DNA of 42,225 bases from Macrostomum lignano (GCA_002269645.1 NIVC01004553.1:1-42225), one strand, 5' to 3'. Shown: positions 11,701 through 23,158, counted from the stretch's first letter. The notes: generated from the sequence alone by a model not told the origin. Numbers and translations are program-made.

Positions 11701-14264
11701 TATTTATACTAAAATTTCAGTTCATTTATAACAAAAAATAAATTTCAAAAATATTTTGAGAAATGAATATTAAAACAAATTGTTTTCCTAAAAACATGCA
11801 GATTTTAAAATAGCATAGAAAGTTAGATTTTGTGTACAAATAAAAGAAAAGAGGCCTTTTATATATATTTATAATTTTACATAAAAACTATATATTCTAT
11901 ATATATTTATAATTTTACATAAAAACATAAAACCCAACAATGGTTTCAAATGAAAGAAATCAAAAGTTGGCAAACTAACTTTGTTTATTTCAAAGGATGG
12001 TAAGATTATTGTAGGTTATAATATCTATCACTTTTGGTTTGCAATCAGCTAAATTTGTTGCCCATTAAAATGATTATAAACCAAAGCTGGCTATAAGAAG
12101 GTGTGTCAAATATGACAAATAGTCACATGCAAAAAACTGCTACTTTTTCTAGATTAAGGGTATCAAAATCTTTCCTTACCTTTGCACCCTTTCTCACCTT
12201 CAGTTTACAATCATTTCCACACATGCACTCTGCTGAAATGATCCTAAACCAAAGCTGGCAATATTACTTTTACCTTAAATGCATGTTCAAAACAGTATTG
12301 ATTTAACCCAGCTTTGGTTCATAATTGTTTCTATATACATTACATATTCAAATGATTGTATACCAAAGCTGATTTATAAGCATCATCCAACAAATCACAC
12401 TTTCAATTTTGCATTTTTTGTCAGCCAGTTTTGAACACACCATTTTCGCACTACAATGAGCAAAATATAAGGTGATTATAAACTGAAACTGGCCAAATAG
12501 AAAGTGTAAACCAAAGGATTGCCCTTTTTATTGATTACTATAAAGAGACCTAGGCTTAAGAATTAGAAATAGACTAATGGAAATATCAAATCATTAAGAA
12601 AAAAAGAAAATTTTTATTAAAAATAAAAACTTAAAGAAAATTATTTTTTTATTTTCAGCAAAAATGCTGAGCATTCATTTTTAGATTAATATCTACTTTC
12701 TATAATTTTTATATATTTTTAGTTTATAATTAAGGTATTGAAAAGCAAATGAGTACCAAAATGCTAGGTACCAAAAAGCATAGGCATTGAAAAGCATAGA
12801 TATCCTCTGAGTTTATAGAAATAAATGCCCCCCCCCAAATCTATGTTATATAAACTTGATTATTAATACTCCATTTCTCCTAAAGCCTCAAATATAAGTA
12901 TATAATATGTTCACAATTGCTTAAGCACCCTTGCTTTTCCTTAAGACTATGTTTTCCCATCCTTAATTCCCTCCCCTTAGCCTTACATATAACCATAAGC
13001 CTATAATCCCTAACACTTGACTTTTTAAACTTAAGGTTCTTAGGCTTCCATTCTTTCTAAAGGCTTTTCAAGTCTTTCAAGTCTTTTCAACATAAACATA
13101 TTCAATTTGTTATGCCTTTAATCCCTTTACCTTTCCTTAAAATACAACTATCCCTATTTTTTTCTCTTCATTTATGAGCCACAATACCAACACTTGATCT
13201 AAACCTTTGCTCTATATCAAAGTGACTATTTGGTATTTGGATAATTAATTTTGCAATTCAAATTCAAACTAAATATTTGGTTGATTTGATTTTATTCTGC
13301 TTTAGGATATTGACTTATAGTTACAAACTTAAACTAACTACACTAAACTAATTAGACTAACTATAACTAATCATTAATTATAAATTTTGCCTTGAAACTT
13401 CAACAAGAGAATAATAGTGATCTTTTCTATTGAATGCATTGTTTAATTCTATAAAATTACATAAAGGAAATCATAATCATTCAAAATAGCTCACCTTTTT
13501 TTTCAGTGGCACAACCAGGGTAGATGGGGAAGTGGTTTCTCCTCTCTTGGCAGAGACTAGAAAAAGTCAAAGGGGAGACCAAGCAATTTTTTTGCCAAAA
13601 TGTAGAGCCACCCTCTCCACCCCCTCCCAAAGGTCTTTACCCTCCAAAATCTGCTCCCCCTTCTACAAATTGTACTGAATTTTTTACAAACTATGTTACA
13701 GCTATAATTTTATGATTATAAGATCATAAAAACAAGGAAGATTCTGTAGTAGCATTGTGCTTATAAAACATTTTTCCAATTAAAATCTGTTAATTTTTAT
13801 GCCTTTCCTCACTATATGAATATATGCTTTGTAAATATTTATTGCTATAAATGTTACAACCATTATTGTATGGAACAATCCAAAGGAGTAAAAAATTATT
13901 AATCAAATGATACCTTGAGAAAATTATTTTGCGTAGAAATTTTTATAAACATTAGTTATTTATAACTAAAAATATCTGTGCAAAACTTGTCTAAATTAGT
14001 TAGACAGAGGCTACTAGCCAAGGTAAGTTGCAAAATTGATCTCACTCCCAAAAATGCTAAAAAGGAAGACAAATAAACAAGGCAAGGAGAAAATAAGAGT
14101 GAAAAGACAAGAAAAAAACAGAAAGGCAACTATAAAATAGAGAGAAAATAAAGAAAAAGTTGCAACTAGAGTCAACCCAGTAGTAACATTTTGGTAGAGA
14201 TGCTTGTTTAATAAATAATAAAGAAATGAAGGCCAACACCAACATATAAGTAAATTATTATTAT

Positions 14265-14303
14265 AGCCAACGCATTTCGACACAAGCGGTCATCTTCAGG
14301 GCT
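14265..14303 (-). ncRNA. Minimal type I hammerhead ribozyme of the Penelope-like-element type
   Basis: Minus strand reads AGCC-CUGAAGA-U-GAC(CGCUUGU)GUC-GAAA-UGCG-UU-GGCU: stem I AGCC/GGCU, core CUGANGA and GAAA, stem II GAC/GUC, self-complementary stem III AUGCGU, cleavage triplet GUU. Confidence 0.75.
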
Positions 14304-15281
14304 TGCACTCATGATTCACAATTCCATATATTTAAATAAATAAAGAAAATAAAAACTGTACAAGGCAATAGATGAATGGGTTCAGTCCGGTCAATAATTG
14401 TACATTAAGACACAAAAATAAATTAAATTATTAGACCATTAAAAAAACCTAAAAACACAGAGAAGACAATTTTTGTTAAAACAAACTCTTCAGTCATATT
14501 AGACAACTTATTTATGTATGAAAGTAGCAAGTCTCTTGTTCAATGGCTAAAAACTCACACTAGTAGAACAAAAATACTGCATTGAAAAATAAGTATAGTA
14601 CAATGTAGTCCTTCAAAAACAATTTAAAATTTAGCTCTTGGCTGTGTAATACACAATTATTGCATGTTTTTATAATTTTATACTATGGGATGAGCGTTTT
14701 TGTTTTCTACATGGTTTCTGGCAACAGAGTGTTCTTGGTAGTTTCTGTGGAAAATTTATCAAAAAAGCAACTGAAAGGTATAGACAAAAATGATATTATA
14801 ATAATTGGCTTGGTGCCAAAAATATCATTTTGTTTTCATTAATGTCCGGAGGGAAGAGGCGGAGACGGAGCAATTTTGATTTTGAAATTTTGAGCGGCAG
14901 CAGCGCCCTCTCGCGCTGAGCTGAGCAACATATAAATAAAGCACACGCACACTAGGGGTTAGGGGTGCTAGTCAGATCACGTACGTACAGTGCGTAAAAA
15001 AGGTTTAAGGCGATAAAAAAGGGGTGCAGCGAGGCAGGTCGCTCCGCCATTAAAACCGGGTAAAGCCCACTTGCTTTACCCGCCCAGTACTAGGCAGAAA
15101 TATAAGCATCTACACAGCACCCGAAGCACTTTTTTTCAATTTTTCATGGCAATAATTATGATTGGGTTGCAGAATAACTGTTTGAATGACACAGTTCGAA
15201 TGATGAAGTAAAATAACGCTTAAGTTAATACAAGACATATTGCGCATCTCTTTTCATGCTTGATTGCGCAAGCCCTCAGCC

Positions 15282-15710
15282 ATGTCTTACATGCTGCCCC
15301 ACCTCACCAATGGCTGGCAGGTGGACCAGGCCATTCTGTCCGAGGAGGACCGGCTCGTGATTATTCGGTTCGGACACGACTGGGATCCCGCCTGTATGGT
15401 CATGGACGAGACTCTGTTTAAAGTGGCCGAGAAGGTTAAAAACTTTGCCGTCATTTACCTTGTTGACATTCAGAAGGTGCCAAACTTCAACAAGATGTAC
15501 GAACTGTACGACCCCTGCACGGTGATGTTCTTCTACAGAAACAAGCACATCATGATCGACCTGGGCACCGGAAATAATAACAAAATAAACTGGCCTGTCG
15601 AGGACACTGGCGAGTTTATCGACATAGTCGAGACAGTGTTCAGGGGCGCCCGCAAAGGCCGGGGTCTGGTGGTGTCGCCCAAGGATTATTCTACCAAATA
15701 TCGATACTAA
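15282..15710 (+). CDS. TXNL4A: U5 snRNP thioredoxin-like protein DIM1 (142 aa), intronless
   Basis: Recognisable DIM1 sequence MSYMLPHL..GWQVDQAILSEEDRLVIIRFG...VVSPKDYSTKYRY. AG acceptor 2 nt upstream of the ATG. AATAAA at 15827. Confidence 0.98.
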   Translation: MSYMLPHLTNGWQVDQAILSEEDRLVIIRFGHDWDPACMVMDETLFKVAEKVKNFAVIYLVDIQKVPNFNKMYELYDPCTVMFFYRNKHIMIDLGTGNNNKINWPVEDTGEFIDIVETVFRGARKGRGLVVSPKDYSTKYRY

Positions 15711-15955
15711 ATTAACTGCTAGTGCTTTTGACTGCTAGTGCGTGTCTAAACTCTCTGATCTGTACATAGCTGTTCGGCTACTGTTTAACTATGATGTGTT
15801 GTGCTCTGCTCATGCGCTATCCTCCTAATAAATGCTTTTAATAAGATTGTACCCAGCAAATGTGTCTTCTGCATTCATTTATTATATCGTAGCTCGCCTT
15901 AGTTTGGCAGTTTAACCTTTTAGGAAAATAGAATGTATTGTAGACAATATGTGTT

Positions 15956-15966
15956 TTTATTGCATG
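15956..15966 (+). other. Relic 3' end of a flatworm-type spliced leader (TTTATTGCATG)
   Basis: Occupies exactly the position where the second RPS20 copy has the acceptor TTTCCAG. Flatworm SLs end in AUG (Schistosoma ...TTGTTGCATG; I recall Macrostomum ...AATTTATTGCATG, to be verified). Confidence 0.7.
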
Positions 15967-16041
15967 CTGGCTCAGCGCTGCTTTACCTGAGCATCTCGGC
16001 CAGTCACTCTCGATAATCCAGTCAGCCTAGCAACAGTTGCC

Positions 16042-16392
16042 ATGGACGCCAAGGACGGCAAGGAGGAGCTGCAGTCGGCGCAGGTTCACCGGATCCGCAT
16101 CACGCTGACGTCAAAGAATGTCCGCAGCCTGGAGAAGGTGTGCGCCGACCTGATCAAGGGCGCCAAAGACAAGAACCTGCCAGTGAAGGGGCCGGTGCGA
16201 ATGCCGACGAAGGTGCTGAGCCTCACGACCCGCAAGACTCCGTGCGGCGAGGGCTCGAAGACGTGGGACCGGTACCGCCTGCGGCTGCACAAGCGGCTCA
16301 TCGACCTGCAGTCGCCCGCCGAGACCGTCAAGCAGATCACCAGCATCAGCATCGAGCCGGAGGTCGAGGTCGAGGTCACGGTGGCCAAGTGA
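16042..16392 (+). CDS. RPS20: 40S ribosomal protein S20 (uS10), copy 1, probable retrocopy
   Basis: [23 protein letters not shown]...GPVRMPTK...[15 protein letters not shown]...HKRLIDL; 116 aa, intronless. AATAAA at 16472. Confidence 0.98.
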   Translation: MDAKDGKEELQSAQVHRIRITLTSKNVRSLEKVCADLIKGAKDKNLPVKGPVRMPTKVLSLTTRKTPCGEGSKTWDRYRLRLHKRLIDLQSPAETVKQITSISIEPEVEVEVTVAK

Positions 16393-17212
16393 AGAGGCGA
16401 TGTGTGTGTTCCAGGTTTTGCGCTGACTGCTTCCGCTGGTCTGCTTGTGTGTCCGCGGCCTACGGGCTGTGAATAAATTAGAGGGCTGAGAGAGTCGCAT
16501 TTCGGCTGCCTTGGACAAACTGCAGGGCTCTTCCGTCTTCTTTTTTGCCGCTGACTGCGGCAGCTTTCTTAGCGTCATTTGCATCTGGGGGGTGGGGGGA
16601 ATCAGGCGGCAGTTATATCTAGGTGAATGGGCTGGATTTTCTATCTGCATTTCATACTTGCAGCAAGCAAGGTGCACCGCTCGCTGCCAAACTTCAAACT
16701 GGTCGCCCCCCCTCCTATTGCAGGAAATGGAGCTAAAAATAACGCCAGATTCTGTCTGGCCCCCTCCCGGGTCCGCCCGGCCGCTATTTAATTGTTTGGC
16801 TTGATGGGTTGGCAAAAATGCATTCGGTGCGGTGGGCATTGGATTGGCCAGGCGCGTCTTACGCTAATAGGGAGCTGCGTTTAGCGCAGATAGGCATTGG
16901 GGTCTGGGGTGTTTCACAAAGCAAAGTTTGATCTTATAGGTTCCAACTTGGGCCCGAGGTTAGTATGTGGCTGTGTCATCACTAAACTAAAAATTGATCT
17001 TGGCTGGGATCCAAGTTAGATGCGACTCAAAGAGAGAAACGCTCGAACTTAAGAATGAAGTGTTTCACGACAGAAGATAGTCTGTGGTAAAAAACCCTTA
17101 TGTCCGTCCCAACTTTAGGGCACATACGGAGTTGTCCTAAGTCGCATCAAACGGATAGCTGATATATGTCTCAGCAAATTCACGGTAAAGCAGTATGATC
17201 GTTATGTAAATA

Positions 17213-17357
17213 ATAAACGCCGTTTAATTCACATTCTGTGGTTGGAATGTCCGAGGCTGCGTTTAATGGTCTCGAAGCGAGCGTAGCGAGCCGAGGACCA
17301 TTGATTGCAGCCGAGGATATTCTAACCATAGACTATGATGAATTAAACGGCGTTTAT
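17213..17357. mobile_element. 145-bp palindromic (fold-back) element with central CGAAGCGAGCGTAGCGAGCCG motif
   Basis: Perfect outer arms ATAAACGCCGTTTAATTCA / TGAATTAAACGGCGTTTAT and imperfect inner arms. Classification as a mobile element is inference. Confidence 0.6.
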
Positions 17358-17361
17358 CATA

Positions 17362-17766
17362 TATAGTATTTGTCATGCTGTCTCAGCCTGGAGACATCCA
17401 AACTCAGCCGGCCCATCTCGACAGTGCGATTTTTTACGTAAGCCAGTCAAGTTTTACCATAGACATGCTTCTTGGGGCCATGCTATCTCAGCCTGGGACA
17501 TGCAATCTCAGCCACTTTTCAGATGCTATGTCAAGCTGTCCGTGGCTTAGTCTGTGATCGAAGCAAATGAAACAGAATGAGAGCAACAAGCGACGAAGAC
17601 GAAGCGAGAAGTGTTTGCAATTGAAATCTATATTGGCTGAGATAGCATGGCCTTAAGAAGCATGTCTATGGTAAAAGTCGACTAGCTCGAGCCAAAAAAC
17701 GCATTGCGGAATGGGACTGGCTGAGTTTGGATGTCTCTGGGCTGGGATGGCATGACAAATACTATA
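17362..17766. mobile_element. MITE, ~400 bp, ~130-bp imperfect terminal inverted repeats, TA (or ATAT) target duplication
   Basis: TATAGTATTTGTCATGC...CCATGCTATCTCAGCC is mirrored by GGCTGAGATAGCATGG...GCATGACAAATACTATA. No coding capacity. Confidence 0.85.
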
Positions 17767-18418
17767 TTAAATTCGACTGCTCCTGATTTCGAGGAGATTA
17801 TATGATATAATATCCTAGTTTTTGTTAAAAATTAATTATTCGTGGAATTATAATTGGTTAATAGTCATAGATAATGCGTTAGAAATATACTATGACGGTC
17901 TGTCAAACCAAAGTATTGAAGTATGATTATTCAGATTCATTTTATACTACTGCACTATCAGTATAGAGAAGTCAGAATTAGGGTTATTGTAGTGATGCGT
18001 CTAGCTACTAGCTTCATTCACGTTTGTGCCAAAAACAGGTAAAGCTGAACATTGCAAACTGTTCACGGCAGGTATAATGGCTTAGAGAGGTAGATTTTAT
18101 GTTATAAGGATAAACATGCCTTTTCGGGAGCTATTTTCATAGATTTATTCAAATGGCTAAATTGAATTGATAAAACGTTTTTGCGTGAACGTTTGATTGA
18201 TTCTATTATTGAATTTTCAGTCTAATTATTGAATATTTTCCTTTCAAAATGTGCACTTCCCTACTATAGTAGTGTCTGTCTCTTAGATAGATGTGTGAGC
18301 TTGTAATCTATGAAACTAATTATAATTGCTACCTGCTTTCCAGCTGGCTCAGCGCTGCTTCACCTGAGCATCTCGGCCAGTCACTCTCGATAATCCAGTC
18401 AGCCTAGCAACAGTTGCC

Positions 18419-18769
18419 ATGGACGCCAAGGACGGCAAGGAGGAGCTGCAGTCGGCGCAGGTTCACCGGATCCGCATCACGCTGACGTCAAAGAATGTCC
18501 GCAGCCTGGAGAAGGTGTGCGCCGACCTGATCAAGGGCGCCAAAGACAAGAACCTGCCAGTGAAGGGGCCGGTGCGAATGCCGACGAAGGTGCTGAGCCT
18601 CACGACCCGCAAGACTCCGTGCGGCGAGGGCTCGAAGACGTGGGACCGGTACCGCCTGCGGCTGCACAAGCGGCTTATCGACCTGCAGTCGCCCGCCGAG
18701 ACCGTCAAGCAGATCACCAGCATCAGCATCGAGCCGGAGGTCGAGGTCGAGGTCACGGTGGCCAAGTGA
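18419..18769 (+). CDS. RPS20: 40S ribosomal protein S20 (uS10), copy 2, probable parent gene
   Basis: Same protein as copy 1; I see one synonymous difference (CTC/CTT). Acceptor TTTCCAG at 18337-18343. AATAAA at 18853. Confidence 0.98.
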   Translation: MDAKDGKEELQSAQVHRIRITLTSKNVRSLEKVCADLIKGAKDKNLPVKGPVRMPTKVLSLTTRKTPCGEGSKTWDRYRLRLHKRLIDLQSPAETVKQITSISIEPEVEVEVTVAK

Positions 18770-19157
18770 AGAGGCAATGTGTGCGTGTGTTCCAGGTTTT
18801 GCGCTGACTGCTTCCGCTGGTCTGCTTGTGTGTCCGGGGCCTACGGGCTGTGAATAAATTAGAGGGCTGAGTCAGTTTCGACTTGCTTGGAATTGATTTC
18901 TCGTTGCCTTTCTTTTTTCTCTAATGTCTGCGCAAATACTTAGTTATGGTTTTTTAAGCTTTTAGTGTTAAGGCTTTTATTTTAGTAGTCTACTAATCTG
19001 TCAGTAGTAATTTAAGTAGCAGAAATAAAATCTGCATCCGCATCGATTCCAGGTATCGCAGGATGTGAAACGCGACCCAGGCGGCACCAAAAGCAGCCAG
19101 AGGCGCAAGCAACAGAAACAGCAACAGAAGCAGCAGCAGCAACAGCAAGAGGTCGCT

Positions 19158-21717
19158 ATGCGCGAATGCAAGGTCTTCGACGTCGTCGATGAGTTGAACA
19201 ACGGACTCGAAGACCTGCCGGTGGTCTGCTTAAAGTCCCTGCCGCAGTCGCACCCGTTCTCAGAGCGCCGGGTGCCGTTGGGCCAGGAGGCGGTGAAGAT
19301 CGGCCGGTCCGTGGCCAAGTCCAAGCCCTCCATCGACAATGCCATATTCGACTGCAAGGTGCTCAGCCGGAACCACGCCCTGCTGTGGTATGAGTCCGGC
19401 CAGTTCTGGCTGAAGGACACAAAAAGCAGCAATGGAACTTACGTTAACAATCAGCGGCTTGGCAAAGGCAACGAGGAAAGCCCGCCTCGCCGACTGCTTA
19501 GCGGCGACATCCTCCAGTTCGGCGTTGAAGTGGTGGAAAATTCTAAGAAGGTCACCCACGGCTGCGTCATAGCCTCCGTGTTTCTGTACCACGCAGACGG
19601 CAGCGAGGACAAGCGGCCGGACTCCGCCTCGTTGAGCTCCGCTGCCTCCGCGTTTGTGCCGCCCGGTTCCGAAGCAGACGCCGAGGCGGTGGCAGCCGCG
19701 GCAGCATCAGCGGCGGCCGCCAACACGGTGAGCCAGGAGCAGGTGCACCAGCTCAGCCAGTACCTGCAGGAGGCGCTGCACAGGGAGCGTCTGCTCACCG
19801 TTAAGCTGGACAAATTCCGCGAACTTCTTGACTCCATAGCTGGCGTTAGCGCGGGCGCCTGGACGACCGTGCTGGATCAGGAGCAGCTGACGCAGCGGCT
19901 TGAGCTACTTGAAGCCCAGGTAGCCGCTGCCGGTGTCAACTCTGACAGCGATGCTGACGACCGCGACAGAGCCGCTGCTGGCGACTCGCTGTCGGCTGCG
20001 GTTCGTGCCGGTGCCGCTGCCGAGGAGACGCTGAAGCGGCGCCTAGAAACCGCGCTAGTCGAGTGCGGCGCCGCCGTCCATAGAGCCGGCGAGCTTGAGC
20101 GGGCCTGGCGCGACAGCCAAGACGAGTGCCAGCACCTGCGGGCGGAGCGCGACCGCACCGAGGACCGGCTGCGCGAGCTCGGCGAGCGGCTGGCGCAGGA
20201 GTTAGATGAGCTGGGCTCCCAGCTGGCCAAAGAGATGGAGCGCAATTCTTCTCTTAAGTCACGAATTAAAGAACTGGGCGAGGCTCTGAACGACGGTCAG
20301 CGAGAGCCGCAGTCTGGGCGGAGTGGAGCCGTCGAACGAGCGGACGCCGAAGCGCAAACTGTGGCTGACTCGGGTGCCCCGGCGCCGCAAACAGGGCCGC
20401 AGGCGGACTTGTTGAAGGCGCAACTGCAGGTCGGTCTTAAACTCGATTATTGTTAATAATTCGTTTTATGCAGATTTATGCAGATTTGGCGATCTGCCAA
20501 AAGTCACACTCATTAAGGCCAACGCCAAGGCACACTGTGCATGACTGAATCTCAGTCACACTCATTAAGGCCAACGCCAAGGCACACTGTGCATGACTGA
20601 CTCTCAGTCACACTCATTAAGGCCAACGCCAATGCACACTGTGTATGACTGACTCTCAGTCACACTCATTAAGGCCAACGCCAAGGCACACTGTGCATGA
20701 CTGACTCTCAGTCACACTCATTAAGGTCAACGCCAAGGCACACTGTGCATGACTGACTCTCAGTCACACTCATTAAGGTCAACGCCAAGGCACACTGTGC
20801 ATGACTGACTCTCAGTCACACTCATTAAGGTCAACGCCAAGGCACACTGTGCGTGACTGAATCGCCTCAGAGCCCTCGCCTCTGAATGAAACTGTGAATG
20901 TTAATTCCATGTTTTGACCCATGGCATAGATATTGAACAGTTTTAGTGCAGTGTATGTACAAGTTCTCAGGACCTATTTACTCAATATCACCTTTCTTAA
21001 TGATGCAGGGATTATCAGTATGGGAGCAGCTAGTGTAACACCGCAAATGCATTTAACCCTCAGGCGTGCAAGACTCAGCTGCGCGACCAACAGGCGTCTC
21101 TGGACGCCTCCTCGGCCAAAGTCGACGACCTCCACACCCGGCTGGAGTCGGCTCTGTCCTGCCTCAACCAGCTGGAGACTCGAATGCTCGAGCTGGAGGC
21201 CCAGAAGCAGCTCCGCCAGCAGCGGCCGCGCCAGCAGCTGCCTCGGCCGCCATCGCCCGGCTCGAATGGCCAGCAGAACGCTGCCTGGCTGCTCGACCTC
21301 CTTCGCTGCCTTCGAGCCGATCCGATCGCCGTAGAGAAAGCAGAGCGCCAGCTGCTGCAGCCGCTGCTGAAGTCGTCGCCGACGCTACAGGCCGCTTTGC
21401 AGGAAGTCGACGCCGAAACTGCGCACCTTCGAGCCAGCCTGGACTCCGAGGCCGACAGGCGGCGCCAGCTTCTGGCCGACTGCGACAGCTTAGCGGCGCG
21501 GATTACCGACGCCGAGCTGACTGCCCTCGCCGGCCGTGACGAGCGCGCCAACCTAGAGCAGCGGCGTCGCGACCTCCGGGCCGCCTGCGACCGCCAGCTG
21601 GCCGACTGCCGCGCCGAGGCCCGGGCCGCCGCCAACCGCAGCCGCCTGCTGCTCGCCGCCGGGGTCCTGCCGGTGCTGCTGGCCCTGCTGACCGGCGTTT
21701 TCTGGATCGCCTCGTAG
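19158..21717 (+). CDS. SLMAP: Sarcolemmal membrane-associated protein (FHA domain, coiled coil, C-terminal tail anchor)
   Basis: FHA motifs KIGRS...NAIFDCKVLSRNHA...DTKSSNGTYVN...GDILQFGV..VTHGC. Exons 19158-20429 and 21064-21717 with a phase-0 GT-AG intron. Terminal TM LLLAAGVLPVLLALLTGVFWIAS. The frame is open further upstream, to 19053. Confidence 0.92.
20502..20862. repeat. Intronic minisatellite, ~7 x 52 bp
   Basis: AGTCACACTCATTAAGGCCAACGCCAAGGCACACTGTGCATGACTGACTCTC at 20502, 20554, 20606 and onward. Confidence 0.95.
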
Positions 21718-22864
21718 CTTCCGCGGCCCGCCAGTCAGTCAGAAATGTGCAGCACCTGCTAGCCCGCTGTGTCTCGCATTTCCCGCATGCACCCGCAATG
21801 CCCCCCCCCTGCCCCGACATCTCAACGCACTATAACAAGCGTTGCGTTGCGTTTCTTTTCTCTTGAGTATTGAGCACTGTACACACATGTACCGCAGATT
21901 CTGCGTCAATGCATTAGAGCATGAATAGAATAGCCACCAGAGCCTGTGCATGACCTGACCTCACCTGTTCATAAGCAGTCCCGGCCACTCCTTCTCAGTG
22001 AAATGAGCGCCGAGTTTTAGCACCGACTGCAGTCCACCGAGATCTGTTTTTTAAAGTCAGTACAGCGCCTGTCCGCACCAAACTTTCGTTGTTAATATCG
22101 TATTTCCATCTAGAATTGCTCCTTGTTGTACCTGTGTTTTCTTGTAAAACTTGATTGCTGAAATTGGCTATCTGAACTGCTGTTTGGCCAGCGGTTTCTC
22201 CGAGCTTGAATTGACAGCTTTTTTGTTTTTGTTTGCTTTTTTTCATTTGATCATCGTTCTACGGCAATTCCCGTTTGGCAGCTGGCATGGGATGATAAAT
22301 ATGATTATAGTGTACTTTTGGCGGCCTCTCTAATGACCTGTCCTGTGTGTATTCAGTCTGTCTCGATCATCACCATTCACTATTTCAGGACTTGCTCGGC
22401 TCGGCTTACCTGTATTGCGGTCCGTACTATGAAAGACTATGTGACTTATCCAATTTGTATGTTATATATAAGATAGATTTTCAGTGCCCTGAAACTCACC
22501 TATTGAAGTGTTTCATTCGACCTGCTGTACTGCATTGCCTCGCTGCGTGATACCCAGTGTCATTGATTTTTTGAGCCCTGTAAATCTCCATCAGTCTGTC
22601 TCTTGCGAGTACGTTTCACACCAAACACCCCCCCCCAGTGCAACCCCACAGAAACCCCACATTTATTGTCCACATTGCTCATCACCTACGACTAATAAAG
22701 TTGATGCGTTATCGTGTATGAAAAAGGCACTTTGGAGCGCTCTTAAAAACTTATCCAGTTGCAGAAGACCAATATCAGTCCTGTGCCCTGGGCTTAGGTC
22801 TGTCCGCACAGGCCAGTCGAGTTCTCTACCAGTATTTGAGTGGTCGCTGAAAGGAATTTGACTG

Positions 22865-22964
22865 AATGTCTGTCTGTCTGCCTGCCTGCCTGCCTGTCTG
22901 CCTGTCTGTCTTAGTGTCTGTCTGTCTGTCTGTGTCTGTCTGTCTGTTTTTCTGTGTGTCTGTG

Positions 22965-23055
<91 letters not shown>

Positions 23056-23104
23056 GCCTGCCTGCCTGTCTGCCTGTCTGTCTTAGTGTCTATCTGTCTG
23101 TCTG

Positions 23105-23143
<39 letters not shown>

Positions 23144-23158
23144 GTCTGTCTGTCTGTG

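Noticed and set aside
8882-14200. AT-rich region with short ORFs and small local duplications (e.g. 11860-11925)
   Set aside because: No supportable gene or element boundaries from the sequence alone.
14654-14666. CAATTATTGCATG, resembling the SL 3' end
   Set aside because: It is not followed by a GT donor or an exon-like sequence. A match of this length is plausible by chance in AT-rich DNA, unlike the positionally exact one at 15956.
22347-22861. Short Cys/His-containing ORFs (CPHC motif)
   Set aside because: No coherent domain, splice structure or GC3 bias; possibly TE debris.
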